Below are positions 21,666-32,601 of a stretch of DNA of 64,000 nt, in pieces. A program made the position numbers and the translations under genes. Numbering within the stretch: the first letter of the stretch is position 1; each line of letters begins with the position of its first letter. The notes below the pieces were generated by a model that made no database searches, was not told the DNA's origin, and was given only the letters and a program-made list of their open reading frames with translations. Origin of the DNA: a bacterium (lineage in GTDB: Bacteria > BMS3Abin14); assembly GCA_020350725.1 (NCBI GenBank), contig CP070719.1, forward strand, positions 43,625 through 107,624, read 5' to 3'.

Positions 21666-24113
21666 ATGAGCGACCTGATCGGTTCTGTCAACGCACCTAT
21701 CAGCAGCGTTAACATCGAGGACGAGATGAAAACCTCCTACCTCGATTACGCCATGAGCGTCATCGTCGGCAGAGCCCTCCCCGACATCAGGGACGGCCTC
21801 AAACCGGTGCACCGCAGGACCCTTTTCGCAATGCACGACCTGGGCAACGTCTATAACAAACCGTATAAAAAATCAGCCCGTGTCGTGGGTGACGTCATAG
21901 GCAAGTATCACCCTCACGGTGATCAGGCGGTTTACGACACCATTGTGCGCATGGCCCAGGACTTTTCCCTCCGCTACCTGCTCGTGGACGGGCAGGGGAA
22001 CTTCGGCTCCATCGACGGGGACGCGGCGGCCGCCATGCGGTATACCGAGGTCCGCATGACCCGGCTGGCCGGAGAGCTCCTTGAGGATATCGACAAGGAG
22101 ACGGTGGACTTCGGGTCCAATTACGACGACACCCTGACCGAGCCGCTCGTCTTCCCCGCCTCCTTCCCCAACCTCCTGGCCAACGGCTCGTCCGGCATCG
22201 CGGTGGGCATGGCTACCAACATACCGCCGCACAATCTGGCTGAGGTCATCGACGCCTGCATCCTGGTCATCGAGAAACCCAACGCCGGTATCGACGAGAT
22301 CATGAGTATCATGCCCGGCCCGGATTTTCCCACCGGCGGATTCGTTTACGGCCTGCAGGGGATAAGGGACGCTTACACCACGGGCAGAGGCCTTATCAAG
22401 ATGCGGGCCCGGGCCCAGATCGAGAGGGGAAAGAAGAAGACCGCTATCGTGATCACGGAGCTTCCCTACCAGGTCAACAAAGCCAGGCTCGTGGAGAGGA
22501 TCGCCGACCTCGTCAAGGAAAAGAAGATCGAGGGGATCTCCGACCTCCGCGACGAGTCGGACCGGGAGGGCATGCGGCTTGTCGTGGAGCTCAAGCGGGA
22601 CAGGGACGAGATCGCCGAGGTGGTCCTCAATCAGCTCTATTCCATGACCCAGATGAAGTCGACATTCGGCGTTCAGATGCTGGCCATCCACCGGAACCAG
22701 CCGGTCCTCTGCACCCTGCCCCAGGTGCTTGGCCACTTTGTCGACTTCCGGGTCGAGGTGGTCACCCGCAGAACCCGGTTCCTCCTGGCCAGGGCGGAAG
22801 AGCGAGCCCACATCCTGGAGGGTCTGAAGATCGCCCTGGACAACATCGATGCCGTCGTGGAGCTGATCAAGAAGTCCAAGGATGTCCCCGAGGCCCGGGG
22901 CGGCCTCATAAAGCGGTTCGGCCTGTCGGAAAAACAGGCCAACGCCATCCTGGAGATGCGACTCTCCCGTCTCACAGGGCTGGAAAGGGAAAAGGTCGAG
23001 ACAGAACTGACAGAGACGCTGGCCGAGATCAGCCGGCTCCGGGCCATCCTGGCCGACGAGAAGAAGGTGTTGGCGGTCATCGTGGACGAACTGAGGGGGG
23101 TCCGCGACCGATACGGCGACGCCAGGCGGACCGAGATCGTGGCGGACACCGGTGAGCTGTCAATGGAGGACCTCATCGTGGACGAGGAGGTCCTCGTCAC
23201 CGTGTCCCACTCGGGCTATATCAAGAGATCATCTCTGGCGCTGTACCGCTCCCAGCAGCGCGGCGGCAAAGGGCTGACCGGCCTGTCCATGAGGGATCAG
23301 GATTTCGCCGAACATATCTTCGCGGCCTCGACCCACAGCCATATCCTGTTCTTCACCAATCGGGGAAAAGTGTATTGGCTGAAGGTCCACGAACTTCCCC
23401 AGATGGGGCGGGCGGCCAGGGGCAAGAACATGGTTAATATCCTGCCTGTCGAGGCAGACGAGGAAGTCACGGCCTTCCTCCCGGTCAGGCACTTCACCGA
23501 TCGGCACTTCGTCGTCATGGCGACCAGGAACGGCGTGGTGAAGAAGACGGCGCTCTCCGCCTATTCCAATCCCCGCTCAACCGGGATCATCGCCCTGACC
23601 CTCGACGCCGGGGACGAACTGATCTCCTCCCTTCTCACCGACGGGGAGCGGGATCTCCTTATCTGCACCCGTCAGGGACAGGGGATCCGTTTCCGGGAGC
23701 AGGCGGTCCGCCCGATGGGCCGGACCGCCAGGGGCGTTCGGGGGATCAATCTGAGAACGGGCGACAGGGTCGTGGGCATGGAGGTCGTCAACGACGCCGC
23801 CTACCTCCTCACCGTCACCGAGCGCGGCTTCGGCAAGCGCACGTCCATGAAGGATTACAATCCCATCGGGCGGGGCGGGAAGGGCGTGCGATCGGTAAAG
23901 GTCACGGAAAAGTCGGGAGAGCTGGTGGGCATCCTCCAGGTGGGCTCCGAGGAGGAGATCATGTTGATCACTGACGCGGGCAGGCTGATCCGCATGCCCG
24001 TGGGGGGCATCTCGGTCTACAGCCGATCTTCCCAGGGCGTCAAGCTCATCGACATGCCTAAACCCGACGAGAAGGTCGTCTCCGTGGCCCTCATTCAGAA
24101 GGGGGAAGGCTGA
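21666..24113 (+). CDS. gyrA: DNA gyrase subunit A
   Basis: 815 aa; active-site region AAMRYTE, C-terminal beta-pinwheel repeats. Confidence 0.95.
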   Translation: MSDLIGSVNAPISSVNIEDEMKTSYLDYAMSVIVGRALPDIRDGLKPVHRRTLFAMHDLGNVYNKPYKKSARVVGDVIGKYHPHGDQAVYDTIVRMAQDFSLRYLLVDGQGNFGSIDGDAAAAMRYTEVRMTRLAGELLEDIDKETVDFGSNYDDTLTEPLVFPASFPNLLANGSSGIAVGMATNIPPHNLAEVIDACILVIEKPNAGIDEIMSIMPGPDFPTGGFVYGLQGIRDAYTTGRGLIKMRARAQIERGKKKTAIVITELPYQVNKARLVERIADLVKEKKIEGISDLRDESDREGMRLVVELKRDRDEIAEVVLNQLYSMTQMKSTFGVQMLAIHRNQPVLCTLPQVLGHFVDFRVEVVTRRTRFLLARAEERAHILEGLKIALDNIDAVVELIKKSKDVPEARGGLIKRFGLSEKQANAILEMRLSRLTGLEREKVETELTETLAEISRLRAILADEKKVLAVIVDELRGVRDRYGDARRTEIVADTGELSMEDLIVDEEVLVTVSHSGYIKRSSLALYRSQQRGGKGLTGLSMRDQDFAEHIFAASTHSHILFFTNRGKVYWLKVHELPQMGRAARGKNMVNILPVEADEEVTAFLPVRHFTDRHFVVMATRNGVVKKTALSAYSNPRSTGIIALTLDAGDELISSLLTDGERDLLICTRQGQGIRFREQAVRPMGRTARGVRGINLRTGDRVVGMEVVNDAAYLLTVTERGFGKRTSMKDYNPIGRGGKGVRSVKVTEKSGELVGILQVGSEEEIMLITDAGRLIRMPVGGISVYSRSSQGVKLIDMPKPDEKVVSVALIQKGEG

Positions 24114-24278
24114 CTGAAGGAGGGGGGCCGGGCCGGGCCGGGAACCGCGGGACGTCCGACGGAGACCATACAGGGAGAACTGGATCTTGCTTGGAGTGTT
24201 GAGCCGGGTCTCGAGGTGGGAAAGATCTGACGGCAGGTCTCCTGTCCGCCTCTCCTTTCGCGATCAGGGGTTACGCAC

Positions 24279-24599
24279 ATGAAAGAAGACCGCAGACATC
24301 CACGCCGCGAGGCCCCCGATGGATCCATCGCCATCTGCGGCAGCAAACCCTTCCGCCTGCTGGACTACAGCGAAAACGGCGTGGGCCTGAGATTCTACGG
24401 AGACGACGATATCTCCGAGGACATGGATATCATTCTCCTCGTGCCGGAGAAGGACCTCCCCGGGGATGAGCTGAAGTGCCGCAAGGTCTATGACGTGACC
24501 ATGAAAAAAACCGGGACATTCACCTATTCCCGGGACAGGCGCATTGGTCTGCAGTTCGTGGAGCCCCAGCCGGACCTCGTCAAAGCGATGGAGGGCTAG
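24279..24599 (+). CDS. PilZ domain protein (putative c-di-GMP receptor)
   Basis: 106 aa; RRHPR (RxxxR) followed by DYSENG (DxSxxG) with PilZ-typical spacing. Confidence 0.6.
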   Translation: MKEDRRHPRREAPDGSIAICGSKPFRLLDYSENGVGLRFYGDDDISEDMDIILLVPEKDLPGDELKCRKVYDVTMKKTGTFTYSRDRRIGLQFVEPQPDLVKAMEG

Positions 24600-24635
24600 A
24601 AGAGAACACCTCCCTCCAGAGAAGACCCTTGTATC

Positions 24636-25454
24636 TTGAATGACACCTCACTGAAAAGACCGGCCTTGCTCCTGGTCGCCGCCGCGGCTCTGTTCGCCCT
24701 GGCAGCGGCCGGCTGTTCCGCGGAAAGAAAGGAGCGGGCCCTGTACCGGCAGGCCATGATCGCCCTGGACGACGGCCTGGACGGAGCGGCTGTCGAGTAT
24801 CTTACCCGGTTTCTGGTCAAATACCCCGACAGCCCTCTCATTGAGGACTGCCTGTTCCAAAGGGGCACCATCTACTACCTTTATCAGGGACGCTATCAGG
24901 AGGCCGTATCCGATTTCAGGGAACAGCTGGCGAGATTCCCTGAGGGGGAGCGCGCCTACCAGGCAAGGAAGAACATTGCTGAGATCCTTGAGAACAAGGT
25001 GGGCAACTGCCGGGGGGCCATCGCGGAGTACCAGCGGCTCATAACCGATTTCGAAACGATCTTCGGTGACGATGAAGCCCAACTCCGGATCGCCAACTGT
25101 TACTTCGAGCTGATGAACTTCGAGCAGTCGATCCTGGAATACCAGATCCTGATCGACCGCTACCAGACGAGCCCGTTGGTTCCGGAAGCCTATTTCCGGA
25201 TCGCGACCGCCTATCAGACCGCCGGAGAGCTGGTGGACGCCGAGAGGTCCTGGCGCACCTACCTGGCCCGATACCCCGATGGGGGCCTTCGCCTGGACGC
25301 CATGTTCGGCCTCGCCTCCACCCTGGAGGAAAAGGAGGACCTGACGGAAGCACTGGCCATTTACCAGGAGATCTTCGACGCCTATGAGAACAAAGAGGCC
25401 ATCACGTGGCGAATAGAGAGAGTACGGGAAAGGCAGAGATTGAGGGGGAGGTAA
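24636..25454 (+). CDS. tetratricopeptide-repeat lipoprotein
   Basis: 272 aa; signal peptide with lipobox (LAAAGC), TPR-like helical repeats. Confidence 0.65.
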   Translation: MNDTSLKRPALLLVAAAALFALAAAGCSAERKERALYRQAMIALDDGLDGAAVEYLTRFLVKYPDSPLIEDCLFQRGTIYYLYQGRYQEAVSDFREQLARFPEGERAYQARKNIAEILENKVGNCRGAIAEYQRLITDFETIFGDDEAQLRIANCYFELMNFEQSILEYQILIDRYQTSPLVPEAYFRIATAYQTAGELVDAERSWRTYLARYPDGGLRLDAMFGLASTLEEKEDLTEALAIYQEIFDAYENKEAITWRIERVRERQRLRGR

Positions 25455-25543
25455 ACGGGGAGCAGGAGTTGCAGGTGCCGGGTTTCGGGTAAATGGCATA
25501 AAACTGGAACCTGGAACATGCCTTATCATCCCCGGAGGCGGCA

Positions 25544-26104
25544 ATGGGGAGAGAGAGACACAGGGTGTGTCCCTGGTACGAGGCCTACCTTTTCGACAAT
25601 CCCCTCAGGCGCCTCGTCCACAGTCCGGCCCGGATCCTTGGCCCGTATGTCGACACGGGCATGACCGTGCTGGACATCGGCTGCGGCATGGGGTTCTTCT
25701 CCCTGGCAATGGCTCGCCTGGTGGGGCCCGAGGGGAGGGTCTTCGCCTTGGACATCCAGCCCCAGATGCTGCGGGTGCTGAAGCGGCGGGCAATGCGGGC
25801 CGACCTGATGGACAGGATAGAGACAAGGCTCATCGGGGATAATGACCTCGGGCTCGACGGAGGTGTCGATTTCGTCCTCGCCTTCTGGATGGTTCACGAG
25901 GTCCCGGACCAGGAATCCTTCCTCCGCCGCACGGCGGCCGTTCTGAACCACGGGGCGAAGCTGCTCATCGCCGAGCCGTTCTACCATGTCAAGGCCAGGG
26001 AGATGGAAGAGGTGATCTCGGTTGCCGCCCGCCTGGGACTGACGGCCCTGGAGAGACCGAAAGTCAGGATGAGCCGCGCTGTGGTTCTGGAGAGGAAGCG
26101 GTGA
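25544..26104 (+). CDS. class I SAM-dependent methyltransferase
   Basis: 186 aa; motif I VLDIGCGMG. Confidence 0.7.
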   Translation: MGRERHRVCPWYEAYLFDNPLRRLVHSPARILGPYVDTGMTVLDIGCGMGFFSLAMARLVGPEGRVFALDIQPQMLRVLKRRAMRADLMDRIETRLIGDNDLGLDGGVDFVLAFWMVHEVPDQESFLRRTAAVLNHGAKLLIAEPFYHVKAREMEEVISVAARLGLTALERPKVRMSRAVVLERKR

Positions 26105-26270
26105 GGGCTGCTCATAAAGCGATCGGCGAGGACAATGATCCCGGGGAGCGCAGAGGGAGAAAGAGTGGCGGGGCCGACCGGGAGGAACAGCTGGGCCTGT
26201 CCCTGCCGCCGGACCGCGGCAGCCTGCCGAACCGTTCCTCACGGATCCGTCGGCGGCCGCAGGATGCACT

Positions 26271-26537
26271 TTGACCGGGCATACCCCGCACGGAGGACCC
26301 ACCTGTCTCGTGCCTTCTGATCTCGTCACAGTCTCCACCCACGCGAACGTCCTGGAGGCCGAAATGGCCAGGTCCCTCCTGAAATCGGCCGATGTCGAGT
26401 CCTTCATTCAGGCCCCTTTCGCCAACGCCCTATATCCTGGAGTGCTGGGGGAGGTCAGGCTTCAGGTCAGAGAGGCCGACCTGGGCCGGGCGAGAGAGGT
26501 GCTGGAGGGCCTGTCCGGGGCCAACGGGCAACCCTGA
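26271..26537 (+). CDS. DUF2007-like small protein (putative signal-transducing protein)
   Basis: LVTVSTHANVLEAEMARSLLKSADVESFI resembles the DUF2007 pattern; start uncertain. Confidence 0.4.
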   Translation: MTGHTPHGGPTCLVPSDLVTVSTHANVLEAEMARSLLKSADVESFIQAPFANALYPGVLGEVRLQVREADLGRAREVLEGLSGANGQP

Positions 26538-26730
26538 GGGCTGGAAACAGCGGACACGGCCCCCTGCCGGGCTTCTCCCCGTGACGGCCGTCTCGGGCCT
26601 GGTCGCCCCCGGTGCCCGCTTTTTCCATGGTCTTTCCCGGCAGGTATGGCGGCTGTTTTTCTTTGGTCGGAGCCCGTGGTAAGATCGCCGGCACGATGTC
26701 ACCGGAAACCCTCCCCGGGCAAGGGCCGAA

Positions 26731-27723
26731 ATGGACGACAGGACACGTCGGCGGTTGAAACGTCTGATGATGTGGGCGGTGATCATATTGGGAGTGGCGG
26801 CCCTGTGGTTCTGGACCACTCAGCCCCTGTTCGGAAGACAGGCTGCCTTCGAGCAGGGGCCGTCCGTCGATCCGGAAAGGCTGGAGGCCCACGTAAGGGC
26901 TCTGGCCGAGGAAATGGTCCCCCGGGACTCCGGGCACCCCGAGAACCTGCGCCGGGCGGCAGAATACATCCGGCGGGAATTCGACAGGACGAAGGGCGAG
27001 GTGACCGGGATCGATTATCAGATAGGAGGCAGGGAGTACAGCATCGTTTCCCTGCTCCTGGGCCCGCAGACGCAGGAGCGGATCGTTATCGGCGCCCACT
27101 ACGACTCGCCGCCGGGCTCCCCCGGGGCGGACGACAACGCCAGCGGAGTCGCAGGGCTGGTGGAACTGGCCCACGCGTTGAGCAGCGCGCGCCTGCCGAT
27201 GGCGGTGGAGCTGGTAGCCTATCCCGTGGAGGAGCCCCCCTTTTACCGGACGCAAGCCATGGGCAGCTTTGTCCACGCCTCTTCCCTGAGGAGACGGGGC
27301 GTGAGGGTCCGGCTCATGGTCTGCCTGGAGATGATCGGCTATTTCAACGACGGCCCCTTCACCCAGTCCTACCCTTTTCCCCTCTTTCGTCTCACCTATC
27401 CCTGGCGGGCCAACTACATAGCCGTGGTGGCCCGCCTGCGGGAGGGGAGGATCACGCGCCGGTTCAAAAGGGCCATGCGGGCTGCCTGCTCGGTGCCGGT
27501 GTTCTCTTTCAACGGCCCCTCTCTGGTCCCCGGAGTGGACCTCTCCGATCACCTGAATTACTGGAAGATGGGGTTCCGCGCCGTCATGGTAACCGACACC
27601 TCATTTTACAGGTACGATCATTATCACGGACCGGGCGACGTGGCGGCCAACCTCGATTACGGGAGGATGGCTGAGGTGGTCCGGGGCCTGTATGGTGCCG
27701 TCCTGGACACGGCAAAACGCTAG
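26731..27723 (+). CDS. M28 family zinc peptidase
   Basis: 330 aa; N-terminal TM anchor, GADDNASGVAGL metal-binding motif. Confidence 0.75.
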   Translation: MDDRTRRRLKRLMMWAVIILGVAALWFWTTQPLFGRQAAFEQGPSVDPERLEAHVRALAEEMVPRDSGHPENLRRAAEYIRREFDRTKGEVTGIDYQIGGREYSIVSLLLGPQTQERIVIGAHYDSPPGSPGADDNASGVAGLVELAHALSSARLPMAVELVAYPVEEPPFYRTQAMGSFVHASSLRRRGVRVRLMVCLEMIGYFNDGPFTQSYPFPLFRLTYPWRANYIAVVARLREGRITRRFKRAMRAACSVPVFSFNGPSLVPGVDLSDHLNYWKMGFRAVMVTDTSFYRYDHYHGPGDVAANLDYGRMAEVVRGLYGAVLDTAKR

Positions 27724-27860
27724 GGGGCAGGTGCCCGCTCCCCACCCCGGCCCCACCGGCCTTCCCCGCGCGGGGCAGCTGCCCCACACCGGCGGCCATC
27801 GCTTCGGCGAGCCGGCCGGCCGCCCTTGACGGCACCGCAGCGGGGGCATACCCTTTAAAC

Positions 27861-28994
27861 ATGCCCCTTCTCGACAAACAGGTGACCATCGGCCGGGTGC
27901 GTGGGATCTCCATCGTCATCGATCCCTCCTGGTTTCTCATCTTCATCCTCCTGTCCTGGGTCCTGTCGGCCAGCTATTTCCCGCTCCAGGTCCCTGGTCT
28001 GGCACCGTTCGCCTACTGGGCGGCAGGCACCCTGGCCGCCGCCGGCCTCTTTCTGTCCGTAACCCTGCACGAGCTGGGACATTCCCTTGTCGCCATCCGG
28101 CGGGGCCTGCCGGTCAAGAAGATAGTGCTCTTCGTGTTCGGCGGCGTCAGCCAGCTGGAGGAGGAGCCGGAGGATGCCGGCACGGAGATGATCATGGCCA
28201 TCGTGGGCCCCCTTGTCAGCGCCGCCCTCGCGGGAGGCCTGCACCTGGCCAAGGTGGCGGCCTCGGCCGCAGGCGCCGCCCCCCTGGCGGTGGTCTTCCT
28301 GGGCTATCTGGCCTTTGTCAATCTCATCCTGTCGGTGTTCAACCTGCTGCCGGGCCTTCCCCTGGACGGCGGCCGCCTGCTGCGGGCCCTGATGTGGAAG
28401 CGGGGCGGAGACCCCCTGAGGGCGACCTGGGTGGCAAGTGAGGTGGGAGCCGGGTTCGGATCAGCCCTGTTCATCATCGGCGCCTTTCTCGTGTTGATGG
28501 GCAACCTCGCCGGGCTGTGGTACATCCTCATCGGGTTTTTCCTGAGGAACGCCGCCCAGGCGAGCTACCAGCAGATGACATACAGGAGCCTGCTCGCGGG
28601 GGTGAAGGTCGAACAGATAATGACGGAAAATCCCGTCACGGTCGACCAGGATATCCTGCTGGAGGAATTTGTCGACCAATTCCTCCTCGCCTACCATCAC
28701 CCGGTCTTTCCCGTTCTGGCGGGGGACCGGGTCAGGGGCGTTGCCGAGGCCGAGGCGGTAAAAAAGGTGCCACGGGAGCTCTGGAAAACCCAGACCATCG
28801 AACGCTGTTATCGTCCGCTTTCCGAGGTGCAGGTGCTCTCTCCCTCCGAGGACGCCTCCGAGGCCCTGAAAAAGATGGTGGAAACAAAGTCGGGACGTCT
28901 TCTGGTCATGCAGGGAGACCGTCTCGTCGGCATCCTCTCCAGACGGGACATCATGGACTACCTGAACCTGAAGTCCAGCCTGTTTCTCGGCTGA
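27861..28994 (+). CDS. site-2 protease family (M50) membrane metalloprotease with tandem CBS domains
   Basis: 377 aa; HELGHSL zinc motif in TM region, LDG motif, C-terminal CBS pair. Confidence 0.8.
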   Translation: MPLLDKQVTIGRVRGISIVIDPSWFLIFILLSWVLSASYFPLQVPGLAPFAYWAAGTLAAAGLFLSVTLHELGHSLVAIRRGLPVKKIVLFVFGGVSQLEEEPEDAGTEMIMAIVGPLVSAALAGGLHLAKVAASAAGAAPLAVVFLGYLAFVNLILSVFNLLPGLPLDGGRLLRALMWKRGGDPLRATWVASEVGAGFGSALFIIGAFLVLMGNLAGLWYILIGFFLRNAAQASYQQMTYRSLLAGVKVEQIMTENPVTVDQDILLEEFVDQFLLAYHHPVFPVLAGDRVRGVAEAEAVKKVPRELWKTQTIERCYRPLSEVQVLSPSEDASEALKKMVETKSGRLLVMQGDRLVGILSRRDIMDYLNLKSSLFLG

Positions 28995-29141
28995 CCGCAG
29001 CGGCCTCCGCCGGGGCAAGGGGAGACCGCCTCTCATCCGCAGGCCACCCACTTTCGCTAATATTAACAATTTTTGTTGACAAGCAATTACAATATTGTTA
29101 TTTTGGGCCATGTTCTGTTCCTGTTGACCCGGGAGTTGGTT

Positions 29142-30251
29142 ATGGAAAGGGGAACATCTGACAGAAACGCGTCACCGGCTTCCAGGATCGATGCCGGGGC
29201 CGACCTGCACACGAGGATCCTGGTGGTGGAGGACAACAGGGTCACCAACGACATGGTCAAGGATTTTCTCCGGGAGAGAAATTACCGGGTGGACCAGGCT
29301 TTCAACGGGAGCGAGGCGCTGCAGATGATGGCCCGGAACTCCTACGACATCGTGATCTCCGACATCGTTATGCCCGGCATGGACGGCATCGAATTCCTCA
29401 AGAGGGTGAAAAGCATCAAACCCGACCAGGAGGTGATCATGGTCACCTCCTCGGTGGATATCAGTCACTCCATAGAGGCCATCAAGCTGCAGGCAATGGA
29501 CTATATTCTGAAGCCCATCGACTTCAAGGAGTTCGATGCCAGCATTCGAAGGGCACTGGAGAGGCTAACCCTCGGGAGGCTTCAGAAAGAGCACCGGGAC
29601 ATCCTCGAGTTCAAGATGATCGAGGAGGGAAGAAGGGCTCAAAGTGTCTTCTTCGACGCCGTCCAATCTCTGATCAATGCCATCGAGGCAAGGGATTCCT
29701 ACACCAGGGGACACTCCCAGCGCGTCACCCGTTACACCGAGCTGATCACCGAGGTGCTTCAGCTTCCCGGAGAGGCGGCTTCAGAGATCAGGTTGGCCGC
29801 CCAGCTCCACGACATCGGCAAGCTGGGCATGTCCGACTTCGTTCTGTCGAAAAGCGGAAAACTGACGGAGGAGGAGTTCGATCTGATTCGGAAACACCCG
29901 GATGTGGGCTATGCTATCCTGCAGCCCATTCTTCCCGGTCAGGCCCTTCTCGCGGTGAGGCACCACCACGAGAGATGGGATGGCGGAGGATATCCCCATG
30001 GATTGGCCGGCGAGGAGATTCCCCTCAGTGCGAGGATCATCGCCCTCGCCGATGCCTTTGACGCCATGACCTCAAGAAGGGTGTACAGGTCGGCCATGAA
30101 TACCCGTCAGGCCAGGGATGAGATCCTCCGCTGCTCCGGGTCACAGTTCGATCCGGCGCTGGTAGAACTGGCCCAGGATCTCATTGCCCGGGGAAAGGGT
30201 TTTGGGGAGGCATCCGACAGCCAGGAGGGGGGGAGCGTCACCGTGAACTGA
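29142..30251 (+). CDS. response regulator with HD-GYP c-di-GMP phosphodiesterase domain
   Basis: N-terminal receiver (ILVVEDN...D) and HD-GYP signature HHERWDGGGYP; start set at internal Met. Confidence 0.8.
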   Translation: MERGTSDRNASPASRIDAGADLHTRILVVEDNRVTNDMVKDFLRERNYRVDQAFNGSEALQMMARNSYDIVISDIVMPGMDGIEFLKRVKSIKPDQEVIMVTSSVDISHSIEAIKLQAMDYILKPIDFKEFDASIRRALERLTLGRLQKEHRDILEFKMIEEGRRAQSVFFDAVQSLINAIEARDSYTRGHSQRVTRYTELITEVLQLPGEAASEIRLAAQLHDIGKLGMSDFVLSKSGKLTEEEFDLIRKHPDVGYAILQPILPGQALLAVRHHHERWDGGGYPHGLAGEEIPLSARIIALADAFDAMTSRRVYRSAMNTRQARDEILRCSGSQFDPALVELAQDLIARGKGFGEASDSQEGGSVTVN

Positions 30252-30686
30252 GGACGAGGAAGCTCTCAACTTCTCGAGCTCAATCACCACCCGGTCTATC
30301 CTCGTTCCGGGCTCCTTCACCCGTAAGGGTTCCAGTGTTCCCTCCAGCACGACCGATTCAGATCCGATCTCAATGGTTGTCCGGGCCAGGAGGCGGTATG
30401 TGCCCCGGGGCGCGGCAAAGACGAAAGACCCGTGGTACCCGCTTTTGGTGTCGGTGAACCGCTTCCACCCCGGCTCGCCCCACCGGTAGACCTCGATATC
30501 GACGCCCTCCAGGGCCATTCCCCTGTGGACTGTTTTTCCGCTGACGGTGGCAAGCGACCGCGGGGACGGCCGGCAGGCGGAAGATCCTGAGATCAGGATC
30601 AGGCCCGCTGCCAGAAGGGCGATCGGGAGACGGAGGGTGCCGTTTCGGGGGAGGCGTCCTGAAATCGAGTCGGTTCTGTCTGTCAT
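30141..30686 (-). CDS. hypothetical lipoprotein (carboxypeptidase-regulatory-like beta-sandwich?)
   Basis: 181 aa; signal peptide with lipobox; 3' end overlaps the convergent HD-GYP gene by about 110 nt. Confidence 0.45.
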   Translation of the reverse strand: MTDRTDSISGRLPRNGTLRLPIALLAAGLILISGSSACRPSPRSLATVSGKTVHRGMALEGVDIEVYRWGEPGWKRFTDTKSGYHGSFVFAAPRGTYRLLARTTIEIGSESVVLEGTLEPLRVKEPGTRIDRVVIELEKLRASSSSVHGDAPPLLAVGCLPKTLSPGNEILGQFYQRRIEL

Positions 30687-30775
30687 GTCGTATTCCTGCC
30701 GTCAGCTCCCTGCGTAAGACATACGTCTGCTCACGGCTGCCTGCCGGCTATATCCGACGGGAGGTGCGGTCCGGA

Positions 30776-31438
30776 TCAGATCGCCACCAGAAGAAGGGCG
30801 GCCGTCGACAGACCCGCGAGGACGAAGACGGTTCCCACCCCCAGCCTGGATCCATAAAGGAGCCTTTCCTGAACCCTTCTGTGGAGCAGGTTCGCGAGGG
30901 CGCAGATGAGCAGGAACCAGATAGTGGCGCCGAAGGAGACGCCGGCTCCGATGAGGAAGGTCTCCCTGCTGAAGAGACTCCCCCCTCCAAGGCCCAGGGC
31001 CGCGAAGGCGGCCAGAAAGAAGGCGAGGGTCAGGGGGTTGGTAAGGACCAGGGTGCAGTTGAGCGCAGCGAGCCGGACGGAAGGGAAGTCGTCCCTTTCC
31101 GCGGTCCGGCCCCCGGAGCGCGACGAGAGAAGGACGGCTCCCATGGATACCAGGAGCAGGCTCCCGGCGAGGCGAAGCCAGATCCCATCCCGGATGATGG
31201 CAGCTGAGATGAAGTCGGCGGAGACGGCGGCAAGGATGCCGAAGATACCGTCCCCCAGCACGGCGCCCATCGCCGGGAGAAAAGCCCGCAGGAAACCGTA
31301 GGCTACCGTCCGCTGGATCGTCAGGATGCTGATGGGACCGAGGGGGACTGCTGCGGCGAAGCCCACACCGGCCGCGACGAGGAAGAGATTGGTGCCTGTC
31401 AGGAACTGATTCAGATAGAGGTGGCCGGACATGAGCAT
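30776..31438 (-). CDS. LysE/RhtB family amino-acid exporter
   Basis: 220 aa, about 6 TM helices, LysE-type pattern. Confidence 0.75.
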   Translation of the reverse strand: MLMSGHLYLNQFLTGTNLFLVAAGVGFAAAVPLGPISILTIQRTVAYGFLRAFLPAMGAVLGDGIFGILAAVSADFISAAIIRDGIWLRLAGSLLLVSMGAVLLSSRSGGRTAERDDFPSVRLAALNCTLVLTNPLTLAFFLAAFAALGLGGGSLFSRETFLIGAGVSFGATIWFLLICALANLLHRRVQERLLYGSRLGVGTVFVLAGLSTAALLLVAI

Positions 31439-31648
31439 GGTTCATACACCATCGGCGATGAATTTGCACGCCATAAAGGGCAGACCGGTCAGGATCACAG
31501 CACGAGCCGGGCGAGCCGGCCCCAGGCATCGATGGGCCATCTTGACTTTTTTTTCAAGCCCCCCGAGAATATGCCGACGCCTGGGAAGGGCGCCTGCCGC
31601 GGCCTGCCGGGATGCTTCTCAAACTCAAATCCGCAGCGAGGTGAACAG

Positions 31649-31837
31649 ATGCCACTGTACGAATTCGAATGCCGCAAGTGCGGGGAGGTTTTCGACAGGA
31701 TTATTTCCCTTTCCGAACGCGAGAAAGGGGAGGTCTCCTGCCCCAAGTGCGAGAGCCCTGATGTAAAACAGGTCCTCGGAGGGGGTACCTACAGCATCCA
31801 GGTCGGGCTGAAAGGTTATCGGGGAAAGGTGCGATGA
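31649..31837 (+). CDS. FmdB family zinc-ribbon protein
   Basis: 62 aa; MPLYEFEC..CG...CPKC motif; start at internal ATG of the track ORF. Confidence 0.7.
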   Translation: MPLYEFECRKCGEVFDRIISLSEREKGEVSCPKCESPDVKQVLGGGTYSIQVGLKGYRGKVR

Positions 31838-31855
31838 GCCGACGTCAGGACACGG

Positions 31856-32308
31856 TTATTTCTGAACGCTGTTCGACCAGTGGATGTGGACGATCCGCCA
31901 CCCCGCATCCGTATTCCTCAGGACCATGGTCTCTGTGGTGGCTACGGTGACCCTCTTCCCGCTGAGTTTTCCCTTGGTCTCATATCGGGACATCACCCAC
32001 GCCGTATCATCCATAGCGTTGGCCTGCTGAGCGACCAGATCCCGTTTGGACTTCTGGCTGAATTTCAGGTCCGCATCAAGGTGGCCCGACCCGTATTCGT
32101 CCCTCGACAGCTCCGCATGACCGTCCTCGAAAAGGATGAGGTTGGGCGCGAGAAGATCCAGGGCACTTTCCCTGTCGCCCGCCGACAGGGCTCTGTGAAA
32201 TGCCGCCACGGATTCGGCCGGTCCGTCAGCGGCCGCAGGCAGAACTCCGGTCAGGAGAAAGAGGGCTGCTGCGGCAAAAGAGAAAAGAGCCAGGGTAAAA
32301 GATCTCAT
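31856..32308 (-). CDS. secreted SnoaL-like/DUF4440 (NTF2-fold) protein
   Basis: Signal peptide (MRSFTLALFSFAAAALFLL...) at internal Met; GGAGG upstream; NTF2-like C-terminus. Confidence 0.55.
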   Translation of the reverse strand: MRSFTLALFSFAAAALFLLTGVLPAAADGPAESVAAFHRALSAGDRESALDLLAPNLILFEDGHAELSRDEYGSGHLDADLKFSQKSKRDLVAQQANAMDDTAWVMSRYETKGKLSGKRVTVATTETMVLRNTDAGWRIVHIHWSNSVQK

Positions 32309-32601
32309 CGATTCCTCCCCGTGTGGCGCTGTCGAAGCTGGGCAACGCCGACCCGCCACCTGCACGTAGCGACCGGTCAGGGTGTCGACAGCGAGAGATT
32401 GTTCCCGCAGAGGATAACGAAAACACGCAGGGTTATCAATGACAACATCCTCGGCCGCGTCCCCGTCCGGCCCCCGCCCCTGTCTGGGGTCGGTGTCGGC
32501 AAACCGGCTGCGGCGGGAAGAGCGCATGTTGTGCCGTCAATACCGGACGAAGGCGTGTTAATATAATAGGAAACGGTCGAACATAACGGGCGGAGGCGAA
32601 A

